Assembly (NCBI GenBank): GCA_963700285.1
Contig: CAVOXA010000001.1
Coordinates: forward strand, 992,001-1,056,000
Length of the DNA stretch: 64,000 nt
Direction: 5' to 3'
Source: an uncultured Chloroflexia bacterium
GTDB lineage: Bacteria > Chloroflexota > Anaerolineae > JAAYZQ01
Shown here: one piece after another, positions 57,312 to 64,000 of the stretch
Layout: the number at the start of each line of letters is the position of its first letter
How positions within the stretch are numbered: position 1 is the stretch's first letter
Made by a program: the position numbers and the translations under genes
Notes under the pieces: generated by a model
The model's input: the letters and a program-made list of their open reading frames with translations, nothing else
The model's database searches: none
Told to the model about the DNA's origin: nothing

Positions 57312-58757
57312 TCAGTCAAACTGCATGAATCGTCGTACCGTTTGCACAAACTCGATCGGCGAAGGACGGTAGGGGTGGATGCGGTTCTTGACCGCGTAGC
57401 CCTTCCATAGCTTGTAGGCCAGGCGAAAGATAGAGTTGGGTGGCAGTTTGATGAGCCGGCGGATCGTGCCCATCAGCCACGGCCATTCGACGGCCAGTGC
57501 GAAGAGCTTGTTAAAGTTCTCGATCTGGCGTTTCTCCTCAGGCGTCGAAAAGGCGAGGACCGACCGCTCCCAGGCCGATGGATCAATGTCCTCCAGGGAT
57601 CCCTCGACGTAGCCGTTTTCTCGGGCATACTCGCCCAGCTCGGTACGCGGGTAGGGCTGGTAGAGAAAGGCATTGGCGTAGGCTGGCTTGCAAGCATGGT
57701 TCAGAGCCAGCGTCTCAAAATCATCCTCCAGCGTGCCGCCCGGCAGGCCCACCATATTGGTCGTGAGCAGCCGGATGCCTGCCCCACGGATAAGAGCGCT
57801 GGCCTCGACGATCTGCTCGTCCGAGAGGTTGCGTTTGAGGATCTCGTTGCGCAGCGTAGGGTTGCCGGTCTCCAGTCCCATGCCTACGCTGGCGCAGCCC
57901 GCCCGCTTGAGCATCTCGATCTTTTGTGGGGTCACAAGATTGGCCCTCACGTTGCAAAAGAAGGGCAGCCCTACTTCGCGGGGCAGTTTTTCAGCCAGCT
58001 CCTCCAGCCAGTTGGCATAAACGATAAAGAGGTCGTCCAGAAAGACGACGAATTGCAGCGGGTATCGCTCCTGGACCCATCGGATTTCCTCAATGACCTT
58101 GTCGACGCTCATCTGGCGCAGTCGCTTGCCCTTGCCCTGGTATACTTGGGCCAGGGCGTGGTTGAAGCAGTAGGTGCAATCGTAGGGACAGCCCCGGCTG
58201 GTGATGAAATGCTTGATGCCGCTCTGCCGGGAAAAGTCATCCTTTTCGAAAAGCAGCTCGCGGTCAGGGAAAGCGATGCGGTCCATGTCGTCTTCGAGGG
58301 AGCGAACCGAGTTGCGCTCAACCCTTCCATCGCGCTTGAACCACCAATTGTCGATGCCGGTGAGGGGGCGCCCCGCCTGAACGTTCTCCACCAGATCCAG
58401 GATGGCGCCTTCCGCTTCACCGATGCAGACCGCGTCCACCCCCGGCTCCTCCACATACTCGGGAAAATAGGTGGGGTGCGGGCCGCCAAAGACAGAGACG
58501 ACCTCTGCCGCTTCCTTGATGCGCAGGTTCAGATCGCGATAGTAGCCCTGCGAGCCGGTGTACACGCTATAGCCCACGACCCCGGGCTGCCACTCGCGGG
58601 CCACCGCCACCGGATCCTCGTCAGATGCTACCGCCAGGCGCACATCGTGCCCTGCCTGTCGCAGCACGCTCGACAGGTAGAGCAGCCCCAACGGCTCATA
58701 GTCGATCTGTTTTTCGACAAAGAGAATTCGCATAGTTGATGGGGCCTTCGTCCTCAC
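57312..58757 (-). CDS. B12-binding-domain radical SAM protein
   Basis: PLGLLYL, GGPHPT, GEAE, SRGCPYDCTYC; start is either 58757 (GTG) or 58733 (ATG). Confidence 0.9.
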   Translation of the reverse strand: MRTKAPSTMRILFVEKQIDYEPLGLLYLSSVLRQAGHDVRLAVASDEDPVAVAREWQPGVVGYSVYTGSQGYYRDLNLRIKEAAEVVSVFGGPHPTYFPEYVEEPGVDAVCIGEAEGAILDLVENVQAGRPLTGIDNWWFKRDGRVERNSVRSLEDDMDRIAFPDRELLFEKDDFSRQSGIKHFITSRGCPYDCTYCFNHALAQVYQGKGKRLRQMSVDKVIEEIRWVQERYPLQFVVFLDDLFIVYANWLEELAEKLPREVGLPFFCNVRANLVTPQKIEMLKRAGCASVGMGLETGNPTLRNEILKRNLSDEQIVEASALIRGAGIRLLTTNMVGLPGGTLEDDFETLALNHACKPAYANAFLYQPYPRTELGEYARENGYVEGSLEDIDPSAWERSVLAFSTPEEKRQIENFNKLFALAVEWPWLMGTIRRLIKLPPNSIFRLAYKLWKGYAVKNRIHPYRPSPIEFVQTVRRFMQFD

Positions 58758-59794
58758 CTACATTCGCACGCCGTCGACAACGGTTCCGCAGTGGATGCAC
58801 TTGCCATCCCTGATCTGTCGCCTTCTGACCTGGAAGCCCCATCTCTCGATGACGGCCTGGTTGCAGTTGGGGCAGAAAGTATTCTCCAGGTGGGCGTCGG
58901 GCAAGTTGCCGACGTAGACGTAGCGCAGCCCAGACTGTCTGCCCAGCTCGTAGGCCCGGCGCAGGGTGGCCTGGGGCGTTGTGCCCCGGTCGTGCATCTT
59001 GTAGTCGGGATGGAAACGGCTGACGTGCCAGGGGGTCTCCACGCCCAGCTCAGTAGCGATGAAATGAGCAATGTCTCCCAGTTCGCCGGCGGAATCGTTC
59101 ATCTCGGGCACCACCAGAGTGGTCACTTCGACCCAGATTCCCAACTCTTTCATGTTTTTGAGGGAGTCCAGAACTGGCTGGAGCCGGGCTCCACAGACCC
59201 TTCTGTAGGTCGTCATCGCGGAAGGCCTTCAAGTCCACGTTGGCCGCGTTGAGCCACGGTTCGTGGCCGTTTCCCAGGCCCTGGAAGAGTTCCAGCATCT
59301 CGCGCGTCATGTAGCCATTGGTGACATAGACGCTGGCGATGTCTACTTGGCTGGGCCAGGCGGGCGATGTCGTAGCTGTATTCGAAAAAGATGGTCGGTT
59401 CGGTGTAGGTGTAGGCGATGGAATGGCGAGCCGAGCTCTCTGCGCTGCACGGACTACCTCTTCTGGTGTCGCTTGGCGGCCCAGGATCTGGCCCCGTTCA
59501 CGGGGCATCTGCGAGATGTCGGCATTCTGGCAGAAGGCGCAGCGGAAAGTTGCAGCCGGCAGTGGCAATGGAGAAGGCGGTGCTGCCCGGGTAAAAGTGA
59601 AACAGAGGTTTCTTTTCGATGGGGTCGACGGCCTGTGACAGCGGAATGCCGTAGACCAGCGTGTAGAGCGTCCCATCCCGGTTCTCGCGGACCAGGCAGA
59701 CCCCTTTGCGCCCCGGCTTGATGACACAGCGGTGTGCGCACAGGTCACACCGCACTTTCTGGTCCTCAAGCCTCTCGTAGAGCAGGGCCTCCAC
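58758..59794 (-). CDS. amrS: AmmeMemoRadiSam system radical SAM enzyme (multiple frameshifts, likely errors)
   Basis: CDLCAHRC, DPIEKKPLFHFYPG, GCNF/RCAFCQN, VTNGY, NVDLKAF, EVTTLVVP, PWHVSRFHP, YVYVGN, CPNC, spread over several frames. Confidence 0.85.
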
Positions 59795-59945
59795 CGTTGC
59801 TTGCCTCCTACGTGGCCGGTGTCCCAATCACCTACCTGCCAACCACCTTGGGTACAGGTACTCAAGTCGTCCTGCGGAACACTCGGGATGATTCCAGGCC
59901 AAGGGCGAGGGATGTACTCAGCCATTGACAAAGGTAGTCTTCTGG

Positions 59946-60716
59946 TTAAAGTCCCCCGTTCAGCGAGGCCAGGATCGCCTCCAGCGACCTCCGGCTGGGC
60001 GCGTCCGCTGGCAGCTTGACGATGGGTTCGCCCAGGGCATCCAGCTCGTTCACTGCCGGGTCGGCGGGAATGAGCCCCGCCAGCTCGAGTTTGTGCTCTT
60101 CGATGGCATCCATCAGGGGCTCCGGCAGCTTGTCGCCGTTGACTCGGTTGACGATGAGATAGACCGCGCCCACCTCGGTCTTGAGTTCGTCGACCAGCTC
60201 TGCCACCCGCCCGGCGGCGACGATGCCCCGCAGCGATGGGTCGCAGACGATGAGCAGCAGGTCCACGTCGCGGGTAGTGCGCCGGCTAAGGTGCTCCAGT
60301 CCCGCCTCGTTGTCGATGACTACGTACTCATAGGCGTCCGAGAGGCGGTCCACGGAGGTGCGCAGGATGTTGTTGGCTGCACAGTAGCAACCCGGGCCCT
60401 CCGGCCGGCCCATGGCCAGCAGGTCGAAAGATGCCTCCTCAGTGAGCGCGTCGTTGATTCGAAAGTCGAGATAGTCCCACTTGCTCATGCCGCCCAAGGC
60501 CTGGCTGCCGCCGACGGCCGTGGCCGTCTCTTCGCGCACGTCGCCCACGGTATCATGGAGCGGCACGCCCAAGGCCAGATTGAGATTGGTACTGGGATCA
60601 GCATCAATGGCCAGGATAGCACCCTTGTTTTTCTTTGCGAGATAGTCGATGACCAGCGCCGAGATGGTGGTCTTGCCAGTTCCGCCTTTGCCGGCGACCG
60701 CGATGGTCTTGGTCAC
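59946..60716 (-). CDS. CooC/AcsF-like nickel-insertion ATPase
   Basis: GKGGTGKT, DADP, MGRPEGPGCYC, DNEAGLEHLSR; TTGACA-17-TACCAT promoter upstream. Confidence 0.88.
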   Translation of the reverse strand: MTKTIAVAGKGGTGKTTISALVIDYLAKKNKGAILAIDADPSTNLNLALGVPLHDTVGDVREETATAVGGSQALGGMSKWDYLDFRINDALTEEASFDLLAMGRPEGPGCYCAANNILRTSVDRLSDAYEYVVIDNEAGLEHLSRRTTRDVDLLLIVCDPSLRGIVAAGRVAELVDELKTEVGAVYLIVNRVNGDKLPEPLMDAIEEHKLELAGLIPADPAVNELDALGEPIVKLPADAPSRRSLEAILASLNGGL

Positions 60717-61154
60717 TTCCAACCCCCTAACTTGGACTGAGTTGCTTTGACTGGATGGTAGCATAGAGGATCCTAGCTGTCAAGGACAGGCGCTGACAAA
60801 AACCGGCAACTGGCTCTATTCAGAACCGACCCTTGTTCTTTCAGAGACGGGTTCCTGCCACCACCGCCCACGGTGCCGCCCCACTGGTGATTTGGTACGC
60901 GCTGCCTTGCGTGGTATAATGCGGGCGAGCGAGCTGGGCCTGTTCTGACCGCCTCAGTGTCTCCAAGCGTACGTGCGTGGCTGAACCAACGACCAAGATG
61001 CCGTCCTATGCCAACGCGAACGCAGTGCCGTCAGCACATTGGCGCCGCGGGCCAAAAGCCTTTCACGGAAACGCAGCAAGAGGGCGGTTGTGTGACAAGG
61101 TTTCTGGGCTACGGGGCGGCTGGGACCATGGCCGACAAGGGGAGGCAGCGTGTG

Positions 61155-62274
61155 ATGCAGCAGGGGCATATGCAGGAGATCAGCGAGCGGAGGGACCGCG
61201 GGGAACAGTACGGCCTCTACGGCCCGCTGGCGATCTTCAGCGGCACCGCCAACCCAGAACTGGCCCAGGAGATTGCCGACCGGCTGGAGCAAGCCCCTGG
61301 GCCAGGTGACCATTTGCCAGTTTGCCAACCAGAACATCTTTGCCAAACTGGATGAGAGCGTGCGCAGCAAAGACGTCTTTCTCATCCAGCCCACCTGCCC
61401 CGGGGTGAGGAATCGCAAGCACAAGACTGGCGAATGTGTAGTGGTCCCGGATCTGGTCGCTCGACTCCAACCGGACGAGTTCGAAGAAGTGCCCTCTTCG
61501 GTCAACGACAACATCCTCGAGCTGCTGGTACTGATCGACACGCTGCGACGTGATTCGGCGGGGCGCATTACGGCCGTGATCCCCTACTTTGCCTACGGCC
61601 GCACCGACAAAAAGGACCAGCCCCGTGTGCCCATCACGGCCCGTCTCATGGCCGACGTCATCGAGCGTGGCGGGGGCCAACCGGTTTCTGGTTATCGACC
61701 TTCACGCCGGGCAGATCCAGGGCTTCTTTGACATTCCCGGCGATGAACTGACCGCCCGGCACATCCTGGTGGACTATTTCCGAGACAAGGGGCATGCGCA
61801 ACGCCGTCGTCGTCGCCCCGGACATCGGCGCCAGCCGCCGGGCGCGCAACTTTGCCGAGAGACCTGGATCTGCCCCTGGCCATCATCGAGAAGCGGCGCA
61901 GCCAGGATGGCAGCGAGCACGCGCCAGCTCAATCTCATTGGTAACGTACAGGGCCAGCAATGCCATCATCTTTGACGACGAGATCGACACCGGGGGCACC
62001 ATCGCACAGGCGGCAGAGTTTGTGCGCCAGCGGGGGGCCCTGGATGTCTATGCCTGTGCCACTCACGCGCTTCTGTCACCGCCCGAGGGGGTGGAGAACA
62101 TGAAGGCGGCCAAACTGAAAGAATTGGTGGTCACCAACACCGTTTATCATCTCGCCCGAAAAGTGCCAGGCCCTGCAACCCTTCTTGCAAGTGCTGTCAG
62201 TGGCCGACCTGCTGGCCGAGGTGATCCGGCGCATCCACCTGGGCATTTCGGTTGGGGAGATGTTCAACGAGTAG
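61155..62274 (+). CDS. prs: Ribose-phosphate pyrophosphokinase (multiple frameshifts, likely errors)
   Basis: [57 protein letters not shown] across several frames. Confidence 0.88.
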
Positions 62275-62337
62275 CCGGGCTCAGCGAAGGACAATCGTCC
62301 GAGCCAAGGCATAGTGCTAGAGGATATGATATCGTAA

Positions 62338-64000
62338 ATGCTAAAGGGATTGTTGAGTAAGGTCGTTGGCGACTCCAACGAACGGGAGGTACAGAAACTC
62401 CAGCCACTGGTGGCTGCCATCAACGGGCTGGAGCCCGAAATGGAACGGCGCACGGAGGCCGAACTCCGCGCACTTACGGACCAATTCCGGGACCGGCTGG
62501 CCGCTGGCGAGTCGCTGGACGACCTGCTGGTCGGAGGCCTTTGCCGTCGTGCGCGAGGTCGCCAAGCGCACGGTGGACATGCGCCCCTTTGACGTGCAGC
62601 TGATCGGCGGCATCGTCCTGCACCAGGGCAAGGTGGCCGAGATGAGGACCGGCGAGGGCAAGACGCTGGTGGCCACGATGCCCGTCTACCTGAACGCGCT
62701 GCTGGGCCGCGGCGTCCACCTGGTCACGGTCAACGATTACCTGGCCCGCCGCGATACCCTGTGGATGGCGCCCATCTATCACCTGCTGGGCCTCAGCGTC
62801 GGCCTGCTCCAGTCGGGCGCCGAGCAGCCGGCCTACCTCTACGATCCGGACTACCAGCGCGAGCCCTACCCCGGCCTGCGTCCCGTGCCGCGCAGGGAAG
62901 CCTACGCCGCCGACATCACCTATGGCACCAACAACGAGTTCGGTTTGACTACCTGCGCGACAACCTGGCCCTCACCCTGGAGCGGCCGCGTCCAGCGCCC
63001 CCTCTACTATGCCATCGTCGACGAGGTGGACAACATCTTTATCGACGAGGCGCGTACGCCGCTTTGATCATCTCCGGACCCTCGGGCGAACCGGTGGAGG
63101 AGTACGGCCGGTTCGCGGCCATCGCCCGCAAGCTGGAGCCAGAGGTCCACTACGAGCTGGACGAGAAAGAGCGTTCCGTCTATCCTCACCGACGAGGGCC
63201 TGGCCGTCGTCGAGCAAGAGACCGGCATCGAGAACATCTATGACGAGGCCAACTACCGCTACGTGCACTATATGCAGCAGGCGCTCAAGGCCCAGGTGCT
63301 CTTTTTCGAGGGCCGCGACTATATTCGGCAGCGCAAGCAGCATCATCCTCATCGACCAGCATACCGGCCGGCTCATGCCCAACCGCCGCCTGAGCGAGGG
63401 CCTGCACCAGGCCATCGAGGCCAAGGAAGGGCGTGCCCGTCCGCCCCGCGACGTGACCTCGGCCACCATCACCATCCAGAACTACTTTCGCATGTACGAA
63501 AAGCTGGCCGGCATGAGCGGTACGGCGGTCACCGAGGCCGAAGAGTTCTTCAAGATCTACAAGCTGGACGTGCTGTCCATTCCCACCAACAAGCCGGTCA
63601 TCCGCCAGGATCACTCGCGACGTTGTCTATCGCAGCGAGGAGGCCAAGCTGCGTGCCGTGGCCCGCGAGATCCTGACCTGCCACAGCCGGGGCCAGCCGG
63701 TGCTGGTGGGCACCACCTCGGTGGAAATGTCGGAGCGACTGAGCAACCGCCTCACCGGCGGAGCGGCTGCAGATGGCCGCCCTGGCCCCACGCATGGCCT
63801 ATGCCCTGCAGGATGCGGACCTGGACCGCGAAGAGCGCGACGCGCTGCGCGAGACGATGAACGCCAGCCTGGAGACCATGAACCCGGCTGCCTGGCGCAA
63901 GCTGGTGCGCGCCCTGGACCTGAATCCCAATGCACTGATCCGCGACAACCTGCGCTGGATCGCCGACTACCTGGAGCTGCCCGGACGAGCCGGCCGTCCA
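62338..64000 (+). CDS. secA: Preprotein translocase SecA, 5' part (frameshifted, runs off the window)
   Basis: [68 protein letters not shown]. Confidence 0.9.

Overview
A 64-kb, GC-rich bacterial chromosome segment of mostly core genes. Gene content and style suggest Chloroflexota, probably Anaerolineae (inference). In order it contains: a minus-strand dcw cluster (mraZ-rsmH-ftsL-ftsI-murF-mraY-murD-ftsW-murG-cvpA-like-murC-murB-ddl-ftsQ', with no murE); tRNA-Ser(GGA); a nusA-ylxR-infB-rbfA-DHH-truB operon that continues into an unusual RibF-archease fusion, rtcB and sfsA; then a mixed region (lipoprotein, surE pseudogene, CPBP protease, dipeptidase, thrC-like, fabF, rnc, RmlD-like, WYL regulator, GT-C enzymes, two tandem alpha-barrel paralogs, glgP, AlbA_2-HATPase-HTH, lon, folC, efp, macrodomain, mutY, two radical SAM genes, cooC-like, prs, secA'). 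No mobile element or CRISPR array was seen. Main points of interest: (1) FAD synthetase fused in frame to archease directly upstream of an archaeal-type RtcB RNA ligase; (2) dense regulation on the division cluster: a LexA-type box and MraZ boxes at mraZ, tandem NrdR-type boxes at ftsL, and three promoters sharing an upstream ATTAACA element; (3) a PafBC-like promoter on the WYL gene; (4) phased TGTGGGAT repeats near 45 kb. Frameshifts in mraY and across 58.7-64 kb are most likely sequencing or assembly errors. All calls come from reading motifs by eye; no database search was run.
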